Below are positions 56,198 through 64,000 of a DNA stretch of 64,000 nt, in pieces. Under the pieces are notes generated by a model that saw nothing but the letters and a program-made list of their open reading frames with translations, ran no database searches and was not told the origin of the DNA. The number at the start of each line of letters is the position of its first letter. The first letter of the stretch is position 1. Location: positions 8,057-72,056 of the forward strand of contig CAVUKR010000002.1 in the NCBI GenBank assembly GCA_963742075.1. The letters run 5' to 3'. The stretch comes from an uncultured Chloroflexia bacterium (GTDB lineage: Bacteria; Chloroflexota; Limnocylindria; Limnocylindrales; CSP1-4). The translations under genes were made by a program, and so were the position numbers.

Positions 56198-57236
56198 GTG
56201 AGCAAAGCCAAACGCCGGCGCCAGCGGCCGGGCTCTCAGCCCCCGGCGGCCAGGCCGGCCGGCACGCCGCCGAAACCGGCCGGCACGCCGCCGTCCGCCG
56301 CCGCGACCGGGGCGACCAGCAGCGCCGACCCGGCGGTCGAGACGATCACGATCGGCGCAACGGCGAGCGCGTCGACCGCGCCCGGCAAGCCGGCGACCGG
56401 CACGCCCTCCGCCGCCAAGTCCGGGACCGGGACCGCGACCGGGACCTCGGCCGCGGCCCGCCCGGCCGGCACCTCCGCCCGCCCCGCCGGCAGCCGCGCC
56501 GGCCGCCGTGAGCGCCAGCGGACGACCTACCAGCCGTCCTTCCTCGAGCGCTACCGGACCCCGCTCGTCCTCATCGCCGCCGTCGTCGGCGTCGCGGTGC
56601 TGTCGGTCTTCGTCTTCTTCTCGGCGTCGCAGCCGGCCTTCGCCTGCTCGACGATCTGGACGCCCGCCCCGACCGCGTCGCCGGCTCCCGGTGCCACGCC
56701 GAACCTCGGCTACGCCCAGCCCGACCAGGGACACAACCACGTCGCCGTCGGCACCAAGGTGACCTACACCTACTGCGCCCCGGCGTCGGGCAACCACTAC
56801 AACAGCCCCGGGCACCTCGGGGCCGATCCCCGCCCGCGTCTACGGACCGAACGACACCGTGACCCCGCAGGGCTGGATCCACAACCTCGAGCACGGCGGG
56901 CTCGTGATCCTCTACCAGGGCACGAGCTCCGGCGCCACGGCCGATGGGCAGGCGGCGTTCAAGTCGTATTTCGACGCGTTCCCGCCGGTGCCGGACTGCG
57001 GCCCGGTCATCGCCCGGTTCGACCAGATGAGCTCGCCGTTCCAGGCCATCGTGTGGGGCCGCGTCCTGCCGCTCGACACGTTCGACCAGGCGAAGATCAC
57101 GGCCTACTGGAACCAGTGGGGCGGCAAGACGAACCTCGAACCACTCTGCCCGACACCGAACAGCACGACCAACCCGAGCGCCACGGAAGTGCCGAACACC
57201 ACCTCGGCCCCGTCCGCCGCGCCATCGGGGAGCTGA
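56198..57236 (+). pseudogene. DUF3105-domain membrane-anchored protein; one frameshift at G-run 56819-56822
   Basis: GTG at 56198. Basic, Ala/Pro/Thr-rich N-terminus and a TM helix, then GHNHVAVGTKVTYTYCAPASGNHYNSPG. After the shift it continues LGPIPARVYGPNDTVTPQGWIHNLEHGGLVILY (frame of ORF 56859..57236). Confidence 0.72.
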
Positions 57237-57254
57237 CAGGACCGGCCGCCCGCC

Positions 57255-58199
57255 ATGCGCCTCGTCTCGTACCTCGCGCTCGATGACGCCGGGACGGCGG
57301 TCCTCGTCGGCCGCCGCCTGATCCCGGTGATGGACGGCTACCTGACCGGGCCGGACCTCGAACCGGCCTCCCTCGACGACCTCCGGCAACGGGCCGAGAC
57401 GCTGACCGGCGCGACCGGGATCGCGCTCGATGACGTCGAGACCATCGCGCCCGTCCCGGTCCCGGGCAAGGTCGTCTGCGTCGGGCTCAACTACCACGAG
57501 CACGTGACCGAGGGCGGACGGCCGGGCCCGACCCGGCCGCTCCTCTTCTCGAAGTTCGCCAACGCCGTCATCGCCGACGGCGACCCGATCGTGCGACCCG
57601 AGGGCTGCCACGCGCTCGACCTCGAGGTCGAGCTCGGGGTCGTCATCGGGACGACGGCCCGCCGCGTCACGCGCGACGAGGCCCTCGCCCACGTCGCGGG
57701 CTACGTGGTCGTCAACGACGTCACTGCCCGCGACTGGCAGGGGATCCCGGCGGCCCTGCACGAAGGCGAGGTCGGGGACGGCCAGTGGTTCCGGGCCAAG
57801 GGCGCGGACACCTTCCTGCCGATGGGCCCTGTCTTCGTGACCGCGGACGAGATCCCGGACCCGCAGGCCCTCCGGCTGCGCTCGTGGCGGATCCCCGGCT
57901 CGGGCCCGGATGCCGGCCGCGAGATCCCGATGCAGGACAGCACGACCGCCGACATGATCTGGAGCGTGGCCGAGCTGATCGAGCACATCAGCCGCTCGAT
58001 CACGCTCGACCCGGGCGACGTCATCGCGACCGGGACGCCGTCGGGGGTCGGGGTCTATCACGATCCGCCGGTCTTCCTCGAGCCGGGCGATCGCGTCCGC
58101 TGCGAGATCGACGGCATCGGCCGGGTGGAGAATAGGGTCATCGACTGGACCGAGGACGTCGACGCGACCGACGCCGAGACCGAGGTCGACGCCGACTGA
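57255..58199 (+). CDS. fumarylacetoacetate hydrolase (FAH) family protein
   Basis: KVVCVGLNYHEH..., ALDLEVELGVVIG, GDVIATGTPSGVG. Confidence 0.85.
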   Translation: MRLVSYLALDDAGTAVLVGRRLIPVMDGYLTGPDLEPASLDDLRQRAETLTGATGIALDDVETIAPVPVPGKVVCVGLNYHEHVTEGGRPGPTRPLLFSKFANAVIADGDPIVRPEGCHALDLEVELGVVIGTTARRVTRDEALAHVAGYVVVNDVTARDWQGIPAALHEGEVGDGQWFRAKGADTFLPMGPVFVTADEIPDPQALRLRSWRIPGSGPDAGREIPMQDSTTADMIWSVAELIEHISRSITLDPGDVIATGTPSGVGVYHDPPVFLEPGDRVRCEIDGIGRVENRVIDWTEDVDATDAETEVDAD

Positions 58200-58220
58200 C
58201 CCTCCCGGAGGCACGCCCCG

Positions 58221-59249
58221 ATGCTCGCCCTGGTCAAGACCGCCGCCGGACCGGGCCTCGAGCTGCGTGACGTCCCGGTGCCGGCCATCGGCATCAACGA
58301 CGTCCTGATCCGGGTCCACAAGACCGGCATCTGCGGGACCGACCTCCACATCGAGTCGTGGGATCCGTGGGCCGCCAGGACGATCCACCCGCCGATCGTC
58401 GTCGGGCACGAGTTCGTCGGCGAGGTCGTCGAGGTCGGCAGCAACGTGCCCGACTTCCACCCGGGCGACCTCGTCTCCGGCGAGGGGCACGTGGTCTGCG
58501 GCCGCTGCCGCCACTGCCTGGCCGGCCGGCGCAACCTGTGCCCCAACACGATCGGCCTGGGCGTCGGCCGCGACGGGGCCTTCGCCGAGTACGTCGCGCT
58601 CCCGATGACGAACGTCTGGCACCACTGGACGGGCATCAACGAGGAGGTCGCCGCGATCTTCGACCCGTTCGGGAACGCGGTCCACACCGCGCTCGCCTTC
58701 CCGGTCCTCGGCGAGGACGTGCTGATCTCGGGGGCCGGCCCGATCGGGCTGATGGCCACGGCCGTCGCGCGCCACGCCGGGGCCCGTCACGTCGTGGTCA
58801 GCGAGCCCAACGCCTACCGGCGCGCGATCGCGACGCGGATGGGCGCCACGCTCGCCATCGACCCGCGCGAGCGCACCCTCGAATCGACCTTCGACGAGCT
58901 CGACATGGTCGAAGGGTTCGACGTCGCCCTCGAGATGTCGGGCAACCCGTCGGCGCTCCGATCCGCGATCGGTGCGATGGCCCACGGCGGGGGGATCGCG
59001 ATCCTGGGCATCCCGACCGAGGAGATCAGCATCGACGTCAACGCCATCGTGTTCAAGCTGCTGACCCTGCGGGGCATCTACGGTCGCGAGATGTACGAGA
59101 CCTGGTACAAGATGACGGTGATGCTCCAGTCGGGGCTCGACATCACGCCGGCGATCACCCACCGGTTCGGGTTCCGCGAGTTCGAGGCGGCCTTCGCGGC
59201 CGCGCGTGCCGGCGACTCCGGCAAGGTCATCATGGATTGGACGTCATGA
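58221..59249 (+). CDS. tdh: L-threonine 3-dehydrogenase
   Basis: Zn-ADH: [53 protein letters not shown]. It is followed by kbl. Confidence 0.9.
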   Translation: MLALVKTAAGPGLELRDVPVPAIGINDVLIRVHKTGICGTDLHIESWDPWAARTIHPPIVVGHEFVGEVVEVGSNVPDFHPGDLVSGEGHVVCGRCRHCLAGRRNLCPNTIGLGVGRDGAFAEYVALPMTNVWHHWTGINEEVAAIFDPFGNAVHTALAFPVLGEDVLISGAGPIGLMATAVARHAGARHVVVSEPNAYRRAIATRMGATLAIDPRERTLESTFDELDMVEGFDVALEMSGNPSALRSAIGAMAHGGGIAILGIPTEEISIDVNAIVFKLLTLRGIYGREMYETWYKMTVMLQSGLDITPAITHRFGFREFEAAFAAARAGDSGKVIMDWTS

Positions 59250-60496
59250 CAGGTTCCAAACCCAGTACTGCCCGCGGCGCGGCCGGCCGCCCCGACCCGC
59301 TCGCGTTCCTCGCCGACGAGGTCGCCGCCCTGCGCGAGCGCCACCTCTACCGTGCGCTCCGGGTCATGTCGTCGGCCCAGGGCCCGATCGTCTCGGTCGA
59401 CGACCACCGGCTCATCTCGCTCTCCTCGAACGACTACCTGGGCCTCACCCACCACCCGCGCGTGTGCGACGCCGCGGCCGGGGCCGTCCGCGAGTTCGGG
59501 TCGGGGAGCGGCGCGGTCCGGACGATCGCCGGGACGATGGCGATCCACGAGGCGCTCGAGGCCGAGCTGGCGGCGTTCAAGGAGACGCCCGCGGTCCTCA
59601 CCTTCCAGTCGGGCTTCACCGCCAACACCGGGGTGATCCCGGTCGTCACGGGCGAGACCGACCTGATCGTCTCGGACGCGCTCAACCACGCCTCGATCAT
59701 CGACGGGATGCGGCTGTCCAAGGCGCCGCGCAAGATCTACCCGCACGCCGACGTGGAGGCGCTGCGCGAGATCCTCCGCGAGGCGCGCGCGACCGGCCGG
59801 CCCGGCGGCGGGGAGTACCGGCTGATCCTGGTCGTGACCGATGGCGTGTTCTCGATGGATGGGGACATCGCGCCACTCCCCGGGATCGTCGAGGCGGCCG
59901 AGGAATCCGGTGCGGCCGTCATGGTCGACGACGCCCACGCGAGCGGCGTCCTCGGGCGGAACGGGCGTGGCTCGATCGACCACTTCGGGCTGCACGGCCG
60001 GGTGGCGATCCAGGTCGGCACGCTGTCGAAGGCCGTCGGGTCGCTCGGTGGGTACGTGGCGGGCTCCGTGGCACTGCGCGAGATCCTCACCCAGCGCGCC
60101 CGACCGATCCTCTTCTCGACGTCGCACCCGCCGGCCGTGGTGGCCGCCTGCCGCGAGGCGATCAAGGTGATGCAGGACGAGCCCGAGCTCCAGGACCGCC
60201 TCTGGGCCAACACCCGCTACTTCAAGGCCGAGCTGATCCGGCTCGGCTTCGACACGGGAGCCTCGGAGACCCCGATCACGCCGGTCATGATGGGCGACCC
60301 CGACACCGCCGGCCGCTTCAGCGATCGACTGATCGAGGAGGGCGTCTTCGCCCAGCCGGTCGTCTTCCCGACCGTCGCCATCGACAAGGCGCGGCTGCGC
60401 ACGATCGTGACGGCGGCCCACGCCAACGAGCAGCTCGACCTCGCCCTGGCCGCCTTCGATCGCGTCGGTCACGAGCTCGGCCTCATCGCCGGGTGA
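59246..60496 (+). CDS. kbl: 2-amino-3-ketobutyrate CoA ligase (glycine C-acetyltransferase)
   Basis: ATG at 59246 overlaps the tdh stop (ATGA). [26 protein letters not shown], and the PLP lysine context GTLSKA. Confidence 0.9.
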   Translation: MTGSKPSTARGAAGRPDPLAFLADEVAALRERHLYRALRVMSSAQGPIVSVDDHRLISLSSNDYLGLTHHPRVCDAAAGAVREFGSGSGAVRTIAGTMAIHEALEAELAAFKETPAVLTFQSGFTANTGVIPVVTGETDLIVSDALNHASIIDGMRLSKAPRKIYPHADVEALREILREARATGRPGGGEYRLILVVTDGVFSMDGDIAPLPGIVEAAEESGAAVMVDDAHASGVLGRNGRGSIDHFGLHGRVAIQVGTLSKAVGSLGGYVAGSVALREILTQRARPILFSTSHPPAVVAACREAIKVMQDEPELQDRLWANTRYFKAELIRLGFDTGASETPITPVMMGDPDTAGRFSDRLIEEGVFAQPVVFPTVAIDKARLRTIVTAAHANEQLDLALAAFDRVGHELGLIAG

Positions 60497-60725
60497 GTCG
60501 CGGCAGCGAGACACCCTCGCTCCTTGATGCCCGTAGACGGCATCACGGTCGGAGGGATGGAGACACCCACGACCCTCTTGATGCCCGTAGACGGCATCAC
60601 GGTCGAGCGACGAGAGACGGCCGCGACCCGCTTGATGCCCATAGACTGCATCACGGTCGAGTGGATGGCGACGCCCGCAAGGGTCTTGATGCAGTCCACG
60701 GGCATCACGTCGGAGGGGACGTTCG
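60497..60725 (+). repeat. 54-bp tandem repeat, 4 units plus a partial unit, each carrying a TGATGC...GCATCA hairpin
   Basis: Units start at 60523, 60577, 60631 and 60685, so the period is exactly 54. Units 1 and 2 share cttgatgcccgtagacggcatcacggtcg. The second half of each unit is more diverged but alignable (gGATGGaGACaCCCaCgA versus tGGATGGcGACgCCCgCaA). Confidence 0.85.
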
Positions 60726-61564
60726 TTGACGCCGCGCCCACTCCCCCTCGACGCGCACCTGCACACGAACCTGTCGCCGGACAGCACGGTGCCCATCGAT
60801 ACCTACGCCGCGGCCGCGCTCGAGCGGGGGATCGCGGAGATCGCGATCACGGACCACGTCGACTTCGAGCCCGGCGCCCCGGCCTTCGGCTACTCGACCT
60901 TCGCCGACCGCGAACGGGTCGTCCGCGACGCCGCCGAGCGGTGGGGCCCGCAGGGAGTCCAGATCCGGTTCGGGGTGGAGCTCACCTATGACCGCGCCTG
61001 GGAGGCCGACATCCGCGACCACCTGGCGCACCACGCCTACGACTTCACCATCGGGTCGGTCCACGACCGCGTGGAATCGCCGTATGGCGCACGGAACGTC
61101 GCGGCCTGGGTCGCCGGGCGCTCGCTCGCCGAGGTCGTCGCGCCCTCGTTCGACGAGGTGGCCGCCGCCGCCCGGTCGGGCCTGTTCGACGCCATCGGCC
61201 ACATCGACGTGGTCAAGCGCTACCTCTACCCGCACATCAAGCCGGCCGCGCTCGAGGCGGCGCCCGAGCTGTACGAGCCGATCCTCCGGGCGCTGGTCGA
61301 CAGCGGCACCGCCCTCGAGGTGAACACCAGCGGGCTGCGCTACCCGGTCGCGGTCACGTTCCCGCACCCGGCGATCGTGACGCGCTTCCGCGAGCTCGGT
61401 GGACGGGCCATCACGATCGGCTCGGACGCGCACGGGCGGACCAGTTCGCCTCGGGCCTGGCCGACGGCTACGGGATCGCGGCCGCGGCCGGGTTCGAGGC
61501 ACTCACCTTCCGGCGCGGCGCCGGGGCGGCGCGGGTCGAGGTGCCGTTGCCCGCGCGCACCTGA
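60726..61564 (+). pseudogene. PHP-domain histidinol-phosphatase-family protein; one frameshift near 61433
   Basis: TTG at 60726. LDAHLHTNLSPD, AITDHVDF, GSVHD and GHIDV. After GSDAH the frame changes to continue RADQFASGLADGYGIAAAAGFEALTFRRG...PART, with a stop at 61562-61564. Confidence 0.78.
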
Positions 61565-61655
61565 CCGTTCCCGACCGTTCCGTCCGGCGCATCAGCGGGG
61601 CGTAGGATGGCCCGTGCATGACGCCCAGACCTAACGCCCCGACAGGCCATTCGTT

Positions 61656-62258
61656 ATGACCCTCGACGACGCCGCGATCGAGCGGTTGGTGAAAGAGGCC
61701 CAAGCTGGGGACGCATGGGCCTTTGGTCGGCTGTTCGACCATTACCACCTTCAGGTCCACCGGTTCGTCGCGAGCCGCGTCCGCCGCCCGAGTGACGCGG
61801 AGGACTTGACGCAGTTGGTCTTCGTCAAGGCTCTGGAAGCACTGCCTCGCTATGAATCGCGAGGCATCCCGTTCGGGGGCTGGCTGTTCCGCCTGGCACG
61901 GAACGCAGTCATCGATCACGCCAGGACGAGCCACGAGCACGCCGACCTCGCCCAGTCGGTCGATCGGGCCGGCACGGGCGCCGGGCCGGACGAGCTGGCG
62001 GTGACCCGCCAGGAGATCGACGCGGTCGGGATCGCCCTGTCGACCCTGACCGACGACCAGCGTGACGCCATCACGCTCCGCTTCTTCGCCGGCCTCTCCG
62101 CCCGCGAGGCGGCCGAGGTGATGGGGAAGCAGGAGGGAACCGTTCGCGGTCTGCAGTTCCGGGCGATCGCCGCATTGCGGCGCCAGCTCGGGATCGAGGA
62201 GCCGGAGGCCACCGTAGCGACGGCCGCCGCCTCGCTCCAGCGTCCGAGGATGGGCTGA
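61656..62258 (+). CDS. ECF-family RNA polymerase sigma-70 factor
   Basis: Region 2 DAEDLTQLVFVKALEAL...FGGWLFRLARNAVIDH. Region 4 LTDDQRDAITLRFFAGLSAREAAEVMGKQEGTVRGLQFRAIAALR. Confidence 0.88.
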   Translation: MTLDDAAIERLVKEAQAGDAWAFGRLFDHYHLQVHRFVASRVRRPSDAEDLTQLVFVKALEALPRYESRGIPFGGWLFRLARNAVIDHARTSHEHADLAQSVDRAGTGAGPDELAVTRQEIDAVGIALSTLTDDQRDAITLRFFAGLSAREAAEVMGKQEGTVRGLQFRAIAALRRQLGIEEPEATVATAAASLQRPRMG

Positions 62259-63220
62259 TGGACGACGTGATCAACGAGTTCGAACCCGGGTACATCGAGC
62301 TGGCGCGACGCCTCGAGGCGTACGCGGACCTCCGGCTGTCCCCGAGCGCCTCCGCGACGACGCGCATGCGCATGGCAGTGATGACCGCGGCGCACCGGCG
62401 GTCGGCGCTGATCGAGGCCGATGCCCAGTTCGATGCGGCCGGGGCGACGACGACGGCCCTCGCCGCCGAGCGTGCCAAGGCCGCGGTCGCGGCCCGCGGA
62501 TCGTGGCGCCGCCCTGCCGCCGCGATCTTCGCCGGCACGCTGACGCTGGCCATCCTCGCCGGCACGGCCTACGGCGCCAGGCCGGGCGGCCCTCTCTACG
62601 GCGCGCGGCTGTGGACCGAGATGGCCAACCTGCCGAGCAACCTCGTCGACCGCGCCGAGGCCCAGGTGGCCCGGCTCGAGGACCGGCTCCACGAGGCGCA
62701 GGAGGCATCGACCGCGGGCGACGTCACCGGGACCGAAGCCGCCCTGTCGGCCTACTCCACGATCGTCAGCGAGGCCGCCAGGGGGAGTGGCGGCGATCCG
62801 ACCGCCAGCGCCGCCCTCGAGGTCACCGTCACCCGGCACGTGGTCGTGCTGACCCTGATGGTGGACAGCGTCCCGGGGCCGGCTCGCTCGGCCGCCGAAG
62901 GCGCGCTCTCGTCGAGCACGATGGCGCTCGACGATCTCGACGGCGCGGGCAAGCAGACGAGCGACCGCCATCGGACCGGCGGCAGCGTCCCCGGCGGCAG
63001 CATCCCCAACAGCGCACCGGCCCCCGCGGTCGACGCCGGCACCACGAGCCCTACCACCCCGCCCAGTTACAGCGGCGGCCCGGTCCAGCACGATGGCACC
63101 TCCGGCAAGCCGACGACCGGGGACCCGGCGATCAGGTTCACGACGCCGATGACGCCCGGGGATGAGGGCCACGTCGGGTCCGACGCCCCCGACCACAACA
63201 CGGATCGGGATCGCCCGTAA
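62258..63220 (+). CDS. putative membrane-anchored anti-sigma factor (DUF5667-like)
   Basis: The ATG overlaps the sigma stop by 1 nt. A single TM helix (AAIFAGTLTLAILAGTAYG) is followed by a helical extracytoplasmic domain and a Pro/Thr/Ser-rich tail. Confidence 0.6.
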   Translation: MDDVINEFEPGYIELARRLEAYADLRLSPSASATTRMRMAVMTAAHRRSALIEADAQFDAAGATTTALAAERAKAAVAARGSWRRPAAAIFAGTLTLAILAGTAYGARPGGPLYGARLWTEMANLPSNLVDRAEAQVARLEDRLHEAQEASTAGDVTGTEAALSAYSTIVSEAARGSGGDPTASAALEVTVTRHVVVLTLMVDSVPGPARSAAEGALSSSTMALDDLDGAGKQTSDRHRTGGSVPGGSIPNSAPAPAVDAGTTSPTTPPSYSGGPVQHDGTSGKPTTGDPAIRFTTPMTPGDEGHVGSDAPDHNTDRDRP

Positions 63221-63223
63221 CCC

Positions 63224-63985
63224 ATGCGCCTCGATGTCATCGGTGCCGGGCCCGCCTACACGGATCGGCCGGGCGCGACAGGCGCGTCGTACCTGCTCCG
63301 CTTCGACGGGGCGAGTCTCGTGCTCGACCTCGGCCAGGGGTCGTTCCCGCGGCTGGCCGGGCTGATCGATCCGGCCGACGTCGCGGCGGTGGTGGTCAGC
63401 CACCTGCACCCCGATCACTTCATCGACCTCGTCGCGCTCCGCCACTACCTGCGCTGGGAGCCGCCGCGCCGTCGCGTTCGCGTCATCGGCCCGGCGGGTC
63501 TCGAGTCACGGCTCGACGCGCTGCACGATGAGCCCGGCTTCAGCGCCGCGGCGCTCGACATCGAGGCGCTGGCGCCCGGATCGATGGCGGTCGGGCCCTT
63601 CGCCATCGAGGTCGCGCGCGTGAGCCACACCGACGAGAGCTACGGGTTCCGCGTCTCGCCGGTCGACGGCGACGCCGGCGTCCCCGGGCTCGTGTACTCG
63701 GGCGACTGCGGGCGGGCCGAGGATCTCGATGCCCTGGTCCGCCCCGGCGACACGCTGCTGTGCGAGGTGTCGTTCGGCCCGGGCCCGGTCGTGCCCGGCG
63801 CCCAGCACCTCGACGGGCCGATCGTCGGCATGCTCGCCAGCCGCACCCGCGCCGGGCGCGTGCTCCTGACGCACCTCCAGATGGGCTATCACCGGGGCGA
63901 GACCGTCGACTCCGTCCGCGCCCACTTCGATGGCGGTCCGGTCGAGCTCGTCGACCCCGGATTCGAGACCACGATCCGCGCCTGA
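63224..63985 (+). CDS. MBL-fold metallo-hydrolase
   Basis: VVVSHLHPDHFIDL (HxHxDH) plus downstream His/Asp ligand contexts (SHTDESYG, YSGDCG, LTHL). Confidence 0.82.
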   Translation: MRLDVIGAGPAYTDRPGATGASYLLRFDGASLVLDLGQGSFPRLAGLIDPADVAAVVVSHLHPDHFIDLVALRHYLRWEPPRRRVRVIGPAGLESRLDALHDEPGFSAAALDIEALAPGSMAVGPFAIEVARVSHTDESYGFRVSPVDGDAGVPGLVYSGDCGRAEDLDALVRPGDTLLCEVSFGPGPVVPGAQHLDGPIVGMLASRTRAGRVLLTHLQMGYHRGETVDSVRAHFDGGPVELVDPGFETTIRA

Positions 63986-64000
63986 ATCGCCCGGTACGAA

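Noticed and set aside
60523-60725. Possible mini-CRISPR array: 29-nt direct repeats with an internal palindrome, separated by 25-nt 'spacers'.
   Set aside because: The 'spacers' are homologous to one another (gGATGGaGACaCCCaCgA versus tGGATGGcGACgCCCgCaA), so this is a degenerating 54-bp tandem repeat rather than repeat-plus-unique-spacer. Only 4 units are present, the 25-nt spacers are shorter than usual, and no cas genes or leader are in the window.
60524-60991. 155-aa ORF in phase with kbl just after its stop: a possible stop-codon readthrough extension or a repeat-encoded protein.
   Set aside because: It runs through the hairpin repeats and then out of frame across the well-supported PHP phosphatase gene. 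Its sequence is repeat-derived and then Arg/Pro/Gly-rich. There is no independent support for translation.

Overview
This is a very GC-rich chromosomal segment; third codon positions are almost always G or C. The gene content looks Actinomycetota-like, which is an inference from the PASTA Ser/Thr kinase, MprAB/PepD-like module, LigC plus Prim-PolC-like pair, folC-folP-folB and several ECF sigma factors. I can support about 60 protein genes, one tRNA-Glu(UUC), and no rRNA, transposase, integrase, cas gene or recognisable defence system.

Layout, left to right:
- 1-2270: decayed arabinose locus (araA remnant fused to a sugar-kinase tail) and divergent abfA.
- 2382-6637: dimethylglycine-oxidase-like gene plus etfBA.
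- 6761-8507: SulP transporter.
- 8648-12156: copper-handling cluster (PCuAC, SCO1 fusion, two-domain multicopper oxidase).
- 25653-12167, minus strand: IclR regulator followed by a tightly coupled 13-gene operon of about 12.5 kb. It carries an ABC importer, pcaHGBDC, an aldehyde dehydrogenase, a MetE-like Zn methyltransferase and pobA.
- 25658-27370: ECF sigma and YCII protein.
- 27524-30644: LigD-Pol/Prim-PolC-like gene, VOC gene and ATP-dependent ligase.
- 33531-37485: OmpR-type regulator, histidine kinase and HtrA protease.
- 39494-42514: folate operon.
- Remaining genes: PASTA kinase, galU, miscellaneous membrane and regulatory genes, tRNA-Glu, GH13 plus LacI, tdh-kbl, and an ECF sigma/anti-sigma pair.

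Most notable observations:
1. A 54-bp hairpin-containing tandem repeat (4 units) lies between kbl and a PHP phosphatase gene.
2. A promoter-plus-leader element of about 70 nt is duplicated almost exactly upstream of two unrelated genes.
3. A MetE-like methyltransferase is embedded in the protocatechuate/4-hydroxybenzoate operon.
4. Two CTGA gene junctions imply CTG initiation.
5. An 80-nt nested palindrome precedes the folate operon.
6. At least 13 one-base frameshifts interrupt otherwise intact conserved genes. Several sit at G/C homopolymers, so assembly indels are more likely than real decay.

Genes interrupted this way are labelled pseudogene following the usual annotation convention, not because I can show they are dead. 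Many long ORFs in the six-frame track are antisense or off-frame shadows of real genes, as expected at this GC content, and are not reported.
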